Shown: positions 8,728-16,512 of the stretch, piece by piece | Layout of the letters: each line of letters opens with the position of its first letter | Position numbering within the stretch: position 1 is the first letter of the stretch | From: an uncultured Acidobacteriota bacterium | GTDB lineage: Bacteria > Acidobacteriota > Terriglobia > Acidiferrales > UBA7541 | Length of the DNA stretch: 64,000 nucleotides | Assembly (NCBI GenBank): GCA_963753475.1 | Contig: CAVWCN010000022.1 | Coordinates: 14,036 to 78,035, forward strand | Direction of reading: 5' to 3' | Notes under the pieces: model-generated | What the model was told of the DNA's origin: nothing | Seen by the model: only the letters and a program-made list of their open reading frames with translations | Database searches by the model: none | Made by a program: the position numbers and the translations under genes

Positions 8728-10169
8728 GCACGCCCGCCGGTTCGGATGTTAAAAAGCAGCTACGCCGGGTGATGGGTTTCTGGGACGTGCTGCTGTTCAA
8801 CATTGCCGCCGTCCTCGGGCCACGCTGGATTGCCGCCGCCGCGCACAACGGAACCTCCTCGATCAGCCTGTGGATTTTGGCCGCGATTTTCTTTTTTGTG
8901 CCGTCCGCATTCGTCATCACGGAGCTTTCCACGCGATTTCCGGTGGAGGGCGGCCTCTACGTATGGTCCAAGGAGGCCTTCGGCGATTTTCACGGGTTTG
9001 TCGCCGGCTGGACCTACTGGATCTACACCTTCTTTTATTTTCCCGGATTGCTGATGGCCAGCGCGGCAATGGCCGCCTACGTCGGCGGCAGCGGCACCGC
9101 CTATCTTGCGCAGGACCGCACCTTCCTCATGATTTGTTCGTTTTTGCTGCTGGCTGTCGCTGTCGTGCTCAATATCATCGGCTTGAACATCGGGAAATGG
9201 CTGCAGAACGCGGGCGGCATCGGAACCTACATCCCGCTGTTGATGCTGCTCGGTCTGGGCGGATACATGTGGCACGCCCGCGGATTTGTGACGCACTTCA
9301 CCTGGTCCAACATCGTGCCGGTGTGGAATTGGAACACGGTGAATTTCTGGCCGCAGATTGCGTTCGCATTTGTGGGGCTCGAACTCTGCTCGGCCATGAG
9401 CGAGGAGGTTCGCGACCCTCGAAAGACCTTCCCGCGCGCGATCTTTGGTTCCGGCTTCCTGATCGCCCTCGCCTACATCGCCTGCACGTTCATGCTGCTC
9501 GGAATGTTGCCCGCGGACTCGGTGGACCCGAAGAGCGGCGTTTTTCAGGCTCTCACGTCGGGTTCAACGATGTTGCGCATCGGTTTCTTCGGCGTGATTG
9601 CGGCGACTCTCGCGTTTTTCGGAAATGCCGGAGGCATCGGCACCACGGTGGCGGGCGTCGCGCGCGTCCCATTCATCGTTGGCATCGACCGCTATCTCCC
9701 CGCCGCCTTCGGCAAAATTCATTCGAAGTGGAAGACGCCGTGGGTTTCGATCCTGGTGCAAGCCGTGATTTCGGGCGTGATTCTCCTGTTGATCCAGGTG
9801 AACCAGTCGGTGAACGGCGCGTACCAGCTTTTCGTCGATGCGGGAACGATTCTGTATTTCATTCCGTTCCTCTATATGTACGCCGCCGTGATTCGCCTGG
9901 CGTATCGGCGTGACCGCGAGTCCAGCAAAGACGCCGTGCTGATTCCGGGCGGGAAGCCCGGGGTGTGGATCGTCGGATCTCTCGGATTTCTCGTCGTTCT
10001 CGGCGGGATCGTGCTGTCGTTCATTCCTCCGGGAGAAGCGGAAAACAAGCTGTTGTTTGAGACAACGCTTGTGGCGGGAACGTTCTTCTTCGTTTTTCTC
10101 GGCCTGATCCTCTATTTTCGCGGCGCTCGCGCCAAAGCCCGCGCTGCCGTGCAGCCAAGCGGACGCTAA
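8724..10169 (+). CDS. APC-superfamily amino acid/polyamine permease (about 12 TM)
   Basis: ORF 8724..10169. The GTG start overlaps the ATPase stop (GTGA). The protein is hydrophobic throughout and has an APC-type N-terminus (VLLFNIAAVLGPRWIAAAA). Confidence 0.8.
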   Translation: MSTPAGSDVKKQLRRVMGFWDVLLFNIAAVLGPRWIAAAAHNGTSSISLWILAAIFFFVPSAFVITELSTRFPVEGGLYVWSKEAFGDFHGFVAGWTYWIYTFFYFPGLLMASAAMAAYVGGSGTAYLAQDRTFLMICSFLLLAVAVVLNIIGLNIGKWLQNAGGIGTYIPLLMLLGLGGYMWHARGFVTHFTWSNIVPVWNWNTVNFWPQIAFAFVGLELCSAMSEEVRDPRKTFPRAIFGSGFLIALAYIACTFMLLGMLPADSVDPKSGVFQALTSGSTMLRIGFFGVIAATLAFFGNAGGIGTTVAGVARVPFIVGIDRYLPAAFGKIHSKWKTPWVSILVQAVISGVILLLIQVNQSVNGAYQLFVDAGTILYFIPFLYMYAAVIRLAYRRDRESSKDAVLIPGGKPGVWIVGSLGFLVVLGGIVLSFIPPGEAENKLLFETTLVAGTFFFVFLGLILYFRGARAKARAAVQPSGR

Positions 10170-10265
10170 TTGCTTCGTGCTCCCCGTCGTCCTCAGTCGC
10201 CGCAGACAGAGAATTCCGAGCGTCCGCCCCGCTTCTGCCTTAAACGCGTATTTCTGAAATGGCGC

Positions 10266-10769
10266 TTATTCGCCAGGTCGCTGGAAGACCGCAGCCTTCC
10301 GCAGCGAGAGCCTCGTTTCTCGAAGGCCGACGATCCCAGATGCCAGCGCGGCAATCAGGAGCACTGAAATCACAAAATGCATTCCGTCGGGGGCCACGTG
10401 GCGCCCGAAGGAAGGAAGAACCTTCATCGTCGGACCTTTGGCGTAGTCGAGTTGCCATTTCGCGTTCGTTCCCAAAACGTAGGGAAGCCACCAGGATTGG
10501 ATCTGCATCGCTAACCAGACGACGTCGAGACTCAAAGCGACGATTGCGAGCCAGAAGCCATTTCGCTTATATGCCAGCCAAAACAAAATTGCGGGGAGCG
10601 TAACGAGCGCCAGCAAAATCAGATCTCCCGCATCAATTTTCTTGCGGCTCAACAGGGCCATCAGCAGCGTGGGATCGTGCTGGCGATTCCAGTTGCCGAG
10701 GGGAATCCACGTGATCAGCCAGAGGTATGCGGCCAGGGCCCAATGCAGCCACGCACTGCGTGTCATCAC
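10266..10769 (-). CDS. Hypothetical integral membrane protein (Trp-rich, about 4-5 TM)
   Basis: ORF 10266..10769 with an ATG start and clear hydrophobic segments. No family recognised. Confidence 0.55.
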   Translation of the reverse strand: MMTRSAWLHWALAAYLWLITWIPLGNWNRQHDPTLLMALLSRKKIDAGDLILLALVTLPAILFWLAYKRNGFWLAIVALSLDVVWLAMQIQSWWLPYVLGTNAKWQLDYAKGPTMKVLPSFGRHVAPDGMHFVISVLLIAALASGIVGLRETRLSLRKAAVFQRPGE

Positions 10770-10811
10770 GGCGTGCTCCCGCGTCCGCTTGCCGACATGC
10801 GCGTCCGAATC

Positions 10812-11969
10812 CTAAAAGACGGCTCGCTTTTGCGCAACCTGCTTCGTCGCAAGCGAGAATCGCGGCTCGACCGCGTCGCCGTTCAGGACGCGCGCCGCGA
10901 CGTATTCTCCGACCGACGGCCCGTGCTTGAATCCATGTCCGGACCCGCCGCCGACCAGCCAGACGTTTTCCATTTCCGGGTGCCGGTCGATCAGAAAATC
11001 GCCATTCGATGTGTTCTCATACTGGCACACGCGCGTTTCGAGCACCGGCGCGTCGCGCAGGGCCGGGAATCGTCTCGCGATATATTCTTTGGCCCGGGCC
11101 AGCGCTTCAGGGCTCGCGGTTCGCGAATGCGTGTCGGGATCGACTGCCGCGCCGTGCCGGTCGTGCGCGATTTTCAGGCCGCGATTCTCGATGTCGGGCA
11201 TGCCATAGAATTCGTCCTTCAATTTAAGCCACGTCGGCATTGACGGCGCCGAAAACCGTGAATCGCCCGGTGGACCGCCAAAATAGAAGACCTCCTGCCG
11301 CGACGGAAAGATACGGTTCCCGAGCACGTCGGGAAAGAGTTTTGGCAACCAGGCCCCGCACGCGAAGACGAAGTTGGCGGCCGGGAACCGCTCGCCGTCC
11401 GCCGCGATAATTTCCTTCAAACGCTGCTGGTTTCCCTCTGGCTGCCGGACTGCCTCGCATCGATACTCCACGCCGTTCTTTTGCCCTTGCTCCACCGCCG
11501 CCTGAACCGCGCGCCGCGCCATTAGCACGCCACTGTCCGGTTCGAAGACGCCCCAGCAATCATCCTCGAAATAGATCTGCGGATATCGCTCGCGGAGTTG
11601 CGCCAAGGCAAGCTTTTCGAATCGCACGCCCACGCGCTCGAGAGTCGCCATCGTGTCTGCGGCGTATCGTTCGCCTGCGTGCGCGATCCAGAGCACGCCG
11701 GTCTGCTGAAACAGTTCGGGGCGTCCAGCTTGTGCGAAGAGTTCCTTCCATTTCGGCAGCGCACCGATCGACAAGCGCGTATAAATCTCGTCCGCGCCGT
11801 AGCCCATGCGAATGATGCGGGACTCGCCGCCGGAACTTGCCCGGGCATTCGCGGGACCATACGCGTCGAGGAGTAACACGCTAGCGCCGGATTTGCGCAG
11901 GAAGTATGCGGTCCACGCGCCGAAAACTCCCGCGCCGATGACGATTGCTTCGCACACGTTATCTCGCAC
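10812..11969 (-). CDS. FAD-dependent oxidoreductase (DAO family, sarcosine/N-methyltryptophan oxidase-like)
   Basis: N-terminal Rossmann motif AIVIGAGVFGAWTAYFL...LLLDA, followed by SSGGESRIIR and C-terminal GGGSGHGFKHGP. Confidence 0.8.
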   Translation of the reverse strand: MRDNVCEAIVIGAGVFGAWTAYFLRKSGASVLLLDAYGPANARASSGGESRIIRMGYGADEIYTRLSIGALPKWKELFAQAGRPELFQQTGVLWIAHAGERYAADTMATLERVGVRFEKLALAQLRERYPQIYFEDDCWGVFEPDSGVLMARRAVQAAVEQGQKNGVEYRCEAVRQPEGNQQRLKEIIAADGERFPAANFVFACGAWLPKLFPDVLGNRIFPSRQEVFYFGGPPGDSRFSAPSMPTWLKLKDEFYGMPDIENRGLKIAHDRHGAAVDPDTHSRTASPEALARAKEYIARRFPALRDAPVLETRVCQYENTSNGDFLIDRHPEMENVWLVGGGSGHGFKHGPSVGEYVAARVLNGDAVEPRFSLATKQVAQKRAVF

Positions 11970-12043
11970 TCAGTTCGTCTCCGGCCATTCACGTTTACGG
12001 TTGAAGTACCAGTAGGCGGCGGGCACGAAATAGAAGCCAATCA

Positions 12044-12493
12044 TTACGACCGCCTTGCGCCCGCAGCCATGAGCTGTAAGTACTCTGCGCGTGTAGGCAC
12101 TCTTAGAATATGTCCAAGGGCCTCAAGGACGTACTGTCCTTCCTGAATCGAAGGCACTCCGGGGCCGCTATGTACAGCGAACCATAGGAAGTCGGCAACG
12201 AAGATGAGCCCGAGAATATTGCCGCAGAAGCGGACCCATCGCGGCAAGGTTCGAGCCCAGTCCCATGCGAAGGTCCATCTCCTCGACCCTGGATATTCAA
12301 TTGCGTAGATCGGTAGGAACAGTACAACCCACGCCGGAAGCAAAATGATCCATGATCGCAATATGGCAAGCTCCGGAGATGGGAAAAAGCTGGCGACAAA
12401 CGCCGCCACGCAGGAGGCCAGGCCAAATGCCGAGATTACGGCAAGCCAGCTATTGCCCGGTGCACTCCCTGTGATGCGGTTCGAATCGGGCAT
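12044..12493 (-). CDS. Hypothetical membrane protein translationally coupled to ribE
   Basis: ORF track 12044..12496 starts at a TTG. The ATG at 12493 overlaps the ribE stop (TGATG). It has 4 predicted TM segments and no family was recognised. Confidence 0.55.
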   Translation of the reverse strand: MPDSNRITGSAPGNSWLAVISAFGLASCVAAFVASFFPSPELAILRSWIILLPAWVVLFLPIYAIEYPGSRRWTFAWDWARTLPRWVRFCGNILGLIFVADFLWFAVHSGPGVPSIQEGQYVLEALGHILRVPTRAEYLQLMAAGARRS

Positions 12494-13146
12494 CAAAAGC
12501 CTTCTTCGACCAGGCGAGCCACCGTGAGGCGAGATGGCGCAGCCTTAGAGTGCGATTCGAGCAGGCTCTCGACGTATTTCGCAAGAATGTCCGTCTCGAG
12601 ATTCACCGCATCGCCGTGAACCATTCCCTTCACGTCCGTTTGCCGGTAAGTGAACGGAATGACCGCGACATCAACGATGCCGTCGCGCCACTGGGCGACC
12701 GTGAGACTGATACCGTCAATGGCGATCGAGCCCTTTTCGGCAACGTAGCGCCGCAAATTTTCGGGAACGCGCACCGAGAGCCACCAGTTCTCGCCTTCGG
12801 ACGCGAGCCGAGTGACGCGCCCAACGCCATCCACGTGCCCCTGCACGAAATGCCCTCCCAAGCGCGCTCCGGCCGCCAGCGGCCGCTCAATGTTAACGAT
12901 GTCGCCGGTTTTTTTCTCGTTGAACGCCGTTCGTCGCAGCGTTTCGCCTGAAAGGTCGGCGGCAAAAGTCGCGCCGTCGAATTCGACCACAGTCAGGCAG
13001 CAGCCGTTCACCGCGATGCTGTCGCCAATCTTGATTCCGGACGCGACTTCGCGCGCGCCCGCCAGGCTCACGCGCAGCTTTCCGCCTTCTTCGCTCGGCG
13101 CGAGCGATTCAATCTTTCCGGCGCCCTCGATGATCCCTGTAAACAT
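12493..13146 (-). CDS. ribE: Riboflavin synthase (alpha chain)
   Basis: The canonical N-terminus MFTGIIEG begins at 13146, inside ORF track 12493..13308. The internal duplicated barrel shows a second GHFVQGHVDG motif. Confidence 0.9.
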   Translation of the reverse strand: MFTGIIEGAGKIESLAPSEEGGKLRVSLAGAREVASGIKIGDSIAVNGCCLTVVEFDGATFAADLSGETLRRTAFNEKKTGDIVNIERPLAAGARLGGHFVQGHVDGVGRVTRLASEGENWWLSVRVPENLRRYVAEKGSIAIDGISLTVAQWRDGIVDVAVIPFTYRQTDVKGMVHGDAVNLETDILAKYVESLLESHSKAAPSRLTVARLVEEGF

Positions 13147-14254
13147 CGTGAAAGTATCCTTCGACAACGAAGTTGTCTCCGCATGGCTGAACTCTGAGAT
13201 TGTGAAGCGCAGGCGATTTCGAGAACCAGCGCGACGAAATTTGGGCGAGCGGCACTCCGCCCGTTCCCATGACGCGAGGAGCATAGAAGAGAACCAAACG
13301 ATCGACAATCCCGGCGTCGAACGCGGCGCCGTTCAGCTCCGCGCCTGCTTCGAGGAGCACATTCAGCATCTCGCGCCGGCCCAACTCGTGAATCACCCGG
13401 TGCAGATCCGCGCGCCCACGGCGCCCGCGAACGTGGAAAACTTCGACACCCGCTCGCGCCAGCGAGCGCGCTTTGCGCGAATCAGCCGCCTGCGTCGTGA
13501 ACACCACCACATCGTCCTTAGCCGATTTTACGAGCCGCGAGTCCAGGGGCAAACGCAAGCGGGAATCGACGACGGCGCGTAAAAGCTTCCTCCGCCTTGG
13601 CTCGCCCGTGCGGTCCGTCAGCAGGGGATCATCGACCAGAACCGTTCCGCTCCCGGTCAACAGGGCATCCGCTTCATGGCGCAACCGTTGTGCCGCCTCG
13701 CGCGAACGTCCGCCGGAGATCGCCGTCGAATGTCCCGGGCGCATGGCAATTTGTCCGTCGAGAGTGAGGGCAGCCTTCAGCGTGACGAAGGGCAATCCCG
13801 TCCCGATCCATTTCGCGAAGTCCGCGTTCCATTGGCGCGCTTCCTCGGCGCACGCTCCCGTCTCGACTCGGATTCCGGCGCGGCGAAGTTGCGCGAAACC
13901 CTTTCCTGCCACGGCGGGATTGGGGTCGGGCATCGGCGCGACAACGCGGCGGATGCCGGCTGCGATAATGGCCTTCGTGCAGGGACCCGTACGTCCGATC
14001 GTGCAGCAGGGCTCGAGAGTCACGTACAACGTGGCGCCACGAGCGTTGCTTCCGGCTTGTTTGAGGGCGGCGATTTCGGCGTGATCGCGCTTGTCGTACT
14101 CGTGAAAACCTTCGCCAACCACGCGGCCGTTCTTTACGATTACGGCGCCAACGATTGGATTCGGATGCGCAAGCGCCACGCCGCGAAGGGCGACGACTAG
14201 CGCGCGAAGCGCAAAACGCTCATCGGCCTCGTTAGTCGAAGAGCGAGTTGACAT
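13109..14254 (-). CDS. ribD: Bifunctional riboflavin biosynthesis protein RibD (deaminase/reductase)
   Basis: Motifs HPNPIVGAVIV, HAEIAAL and TLEPCCTIGRTGPC (CDA zinc site), plus a C-terminal RibD_C reductase domain. Possible starts at 14254 or 14269 both overlap the ftsY 3' end. Confidence 0.9.
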   Translation of the reverse strand: MSTRSSTNEADERFALRALVVALRGVALAHPNPIVGAVIVKNGRVVGEGFHEYDKRDHAEIAALKQAGSNARGATLYVTLEPCCTIGRTGPCTKAIIAAGIRRVVAPMPDPNPAVAGKGFAQLRRAGIRVETGACAEEARQWNADFAKWIGTGLPFVTLKAALTLDGQIAMRPGHSTAISGGRSREAAQRLRHEADALLTGSGTVLVDDPLLTDRTGEPRRRKLLRAVVDSRLRLPLDSRLVKSAKDDVVVFTTQAADSRKARSLARAGVEVFHVRGRRGRADLHRVIHELGRREMLNVLLEAGAELNGAAFDAGIVDRLVLFYAPRVMGTGGVPLAQISSRWFSKSPALHNLRVQPCGDNFVVEGYFHDVYRDHRGRRKD

Positions 14255-15173
14255 AGGTCTGCGCGTCAAACGGCACCAGATCGTCTATTTGTTCGCCCGT
14301 TCCGACGAAACGGATCGGGAGATTCAGCTCGCGCACAATCGCTACGACGATCCCGCCCTTGGCCGTGCCGTCGAGCTTTGTCAGAACGATTCCCGTCACA
14401 CCGGCATGGCTCCAGAATTCCCGCGCCTGGTTGAGGCCGTTCTGGCCGGTGGTGGCGTCGAGGACGAGCAACACGTCATGCGGCGCGCCCGGAACAACCT
14501 TCGCCGCCGTGCGCTTCATCTTTTCGAGTTCGGCCATCAGATTCGATTTTGTGTGCAGGCGGCCCGCCGTATCGACGATCACGGCATCGGCACCGCGCGC
14601 TTTCGCCGCCGTGAGCGCATCGAAGATAACGGCCGATGGATCCGAGCCGGATTTCTGCTTCACGACTTCGACGCCGGCCCGCTTGCCCCACACTTCCAGT
14701 TGTTCGATGGCCGCGGCGCGAAACGTGTCGGCGGCGCAAAGCACCACGTTCGCCCCTTCTTTCTTCAGCCGGTTGGCAAGCTTTCCGATCGTTGTCGTCT
14801 TTCCCGTGCCGTTGACGCCCACCACGAACAATACGCGCGGCGCGACGTCGAGTTTCCCATTCGATGCGGCGGCGGGAGCGCTCAGGATGCGCAGCACTTG
14901 ACTCTTCAGTTCGCGGCGCAACTGCTCGGAGCCTGCCAGCTTGTGTTCGGTCACCTGCACGCGAAGAGCGCCCAGCACTTCCTTCGTTGTGCGAACTCCG
15001 ATGTCCGCACTCAGCAGCGCTGATTCGAGCTGCTTCAGCAGCTCCGGATCCACCGGGCGGTCGCCCGTCAGAATCTGCTCGACGCGGGCGGAGAGCTCCG
15101 AGCGCGTCTTGGTGACCGCGTCCTTCAGCTTCTCCCGCAGAGTGGGTTCCGGTGGTCCAAACAGCGTGATCAT
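14232..15173 (-). CDS. ftsY: Signal recognition particle receptor FtsY
   Basis: SRP54-type GTPase motifs [20 protein letters not shown] and [10 protein letters not shown]. Confidence 0.9.
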   Translation of the reverse strand: MITLFGPPEPTLREKLKDAVTKTRSELSARVEQILTGDRPVDPELLKQLESALLSADIGVRTTKEVLGALRVQVTEHKLAGSEQLRRELKSQVLRILSAPAAASNGKLDVAPRVLFVVGVNGTGKTTTIGKLANRLKKEGANVVLCAADTFRAAAIEQLEVWGKRAGVEVVKQKSGSDPSAVIFDALTAAKARGADAVIVDTAGRLHTKSNLMAELEKMKRTAAKVVPGAPHDVLLVLDATTGQNGLNQAREFWSHAGVTGIVLTKLDGTAKGGIVVAIVRELNLPIRFVGTGEQIDDLVPFDAQTYVNSLFD

Positions 15174-15350
15174 TGTTATTGGTCGCCCCTTGCCGGGGCA
15201 GATTGTTTCGCGCTCCTTACCGGGGCGGCGTTCGGTCGTTTACCGAAGCAGTCCATTCTAGCAAACGCCGCCGAATGAAGCTGCGCGCACGTGATCCGCG
15301 GCATGTTAATCTTCGCGCTGGGACCGCTGGGCGAAGGAGGTACGCGACTC

Positions 15351-16352
15351 ATGCTCGAGAAATTGCGCGAAAGCCGCCGGCCGTTCGCCGCCGCGCTTTT
15401 CATTGTCGCCATTCTTGCGAACGCGGCTGGGGCATTTGCCAAGGTTCCCGTCATCCTCTCGACCGATGTCGGTAACGAGATTGACGACCAGTGGGCCGTA
15501 GCCTACATGCTCGCAAATCCGCAAACCTTCGGTGTACTCGGAATCGTTTCCTCCCACGCGCCCAGCCTGCCCGATCCCTCAGCGCATTACACCTACCTGA
15601 TCCTGAAGGACGAAGTGGAAAACCGGCTCGGAATGGCCGAGCATCCGCCGCTTCTCGAAGGCGCGAGCGCGCCGCTCGAAGACGACCACACGCCAATCGC
15701 CAACGCCGGCGTGACGTTCATCATCGAGGCCTCGAAAAACTTTTCCAGCAACGATCGCCTGACCATCCTCACGATCGGCGCGGCCACTGATGTCGCTTCA
15801 GCGATCATCGAGGATCCGACGATCGCCCGCCGCATCCGTGTCGTCGCCATGGCGTTCACGAGCTGGCCCGATGGCGGGAGCGAATTCAATGTCGCCAACG
15901 ACCTGAAGGCCTGGCAAGTTATCCTGAATTCCAACGTTCCCGTGGTGATCGGCTCCGGAAGCGTTTGCCGCGCCGACCTGAGCCTCAGCCTCGACCAGGC
16001 GAAGCAGCTTGTTTGGAAGCGAGGGCCGGTCGGCGAGTGGCTGTATGCGGAATTCGCGATGTGGTATTTCCGCAACGTGAAGCCGCTGCGCCGGAACGAT
16101 TTTTCGAAGAACTGGGTAATTTGGGACACGATCACGCTGGCCTACGTCGAGGGGCTCACCACGCAGGAAACGCATCCTCGTCCCACGCTGTCGGACGCAA
16201 TGCAATTCGGCCCGGGACGCAAGGGCGAGACTGTCACGTGGATCACCAGCGTCGATTCCAAACGAATGTGGGCCGACTTCACGGAGAAACTCGATCTGTA
16301 CCAGAGCACGCACCGCGTGCCGGATTTCTCGCTTGCCTCCGTCTTTCATTAG
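15351..16352 (+). CDS. Secreted nucleoside hydrolase-like (IUNH family) protein
   Basis: ORF track 15291..16352. The ATG at 15351 follows GGAGG at 15336-15340. It has a signal peptide (AILANAAGAFA) and then ILSTDVGNEIDDQWAVAYML, resembling the DxDxxxDD nucleoside hydrolase motif. Confidence 0.65.
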   Translation: MLEKLRESRRPFAAALFIVAILANAAGAFAKVPVILSTDVGNEIDDQWAVAYMLANPQTFGVLGIVSSHAPSLPDPSAHYTYLILKDEVENRLGMAEHPPLLEGASAPLEDDHTPIANAGVTFIIEASKNFSSNDRLTILTIGAATDVASAIIEDPTIARRIRVVAMAFTSWPDGGSEFNVANDLKAWQVILNSNVPVVIGSGSVCRADLSLSLDQAKQLVWKRGPVGEWLYAEFAMWYFRNVKPLRRNDFSKNWVIWDTITLAYVEGLTTQETHPRPTLSDAMQFGPGRKGETVTWITSVDSKRMWADFTEKLDLYQSTHRVPDFSLASVFH

Positions 16353-16416
16353 CGGCCGCGCTTAAGCGCAGTTCGTGACCCAGCGGCTAAAACCGGATTC
16401 GTTTTGGGCTGCTTAC

Positions 16417-16436
16417 GGCACGACTGAAGTCATGCC
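16417..16436. repeat. REP-like intergenic hairpin ggcacgac-tgaa-gtcatgcc
   Basis: Read directly. It has an 8-bp stem with one mismatch and a 4-nt loop, inside the 160-nt convergent spacer 16353-16512. It resembles short palindromic intergenic elements I recall from other Acidobacteria, but only one copy is present in this window. Confidence 0.4.
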
Positions 16437-16512
16437 CTGACAGGAAGCCTGGCGCAAAGATCGAACCGCAAGGCCCGCACGGGGAAGCCGGCGCCGCGAT
16501 GCGCGCTTTCTG

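Noticed and set aside
8870-9913. A 347-aa alternative-frame ORF inside the APC permease gene
   Set aside because: Its translation is Arg-rich and non-hydrophobic and shows no family similarity. The overlapping frame encodes a continuous 12-TM permease.
14232-14269. An FMN riboswitch upstream of ribD
   Set aside because: The ribD start overlaps the 3' end of ftsY, so there is no leader region in which a riboswitch could reside.
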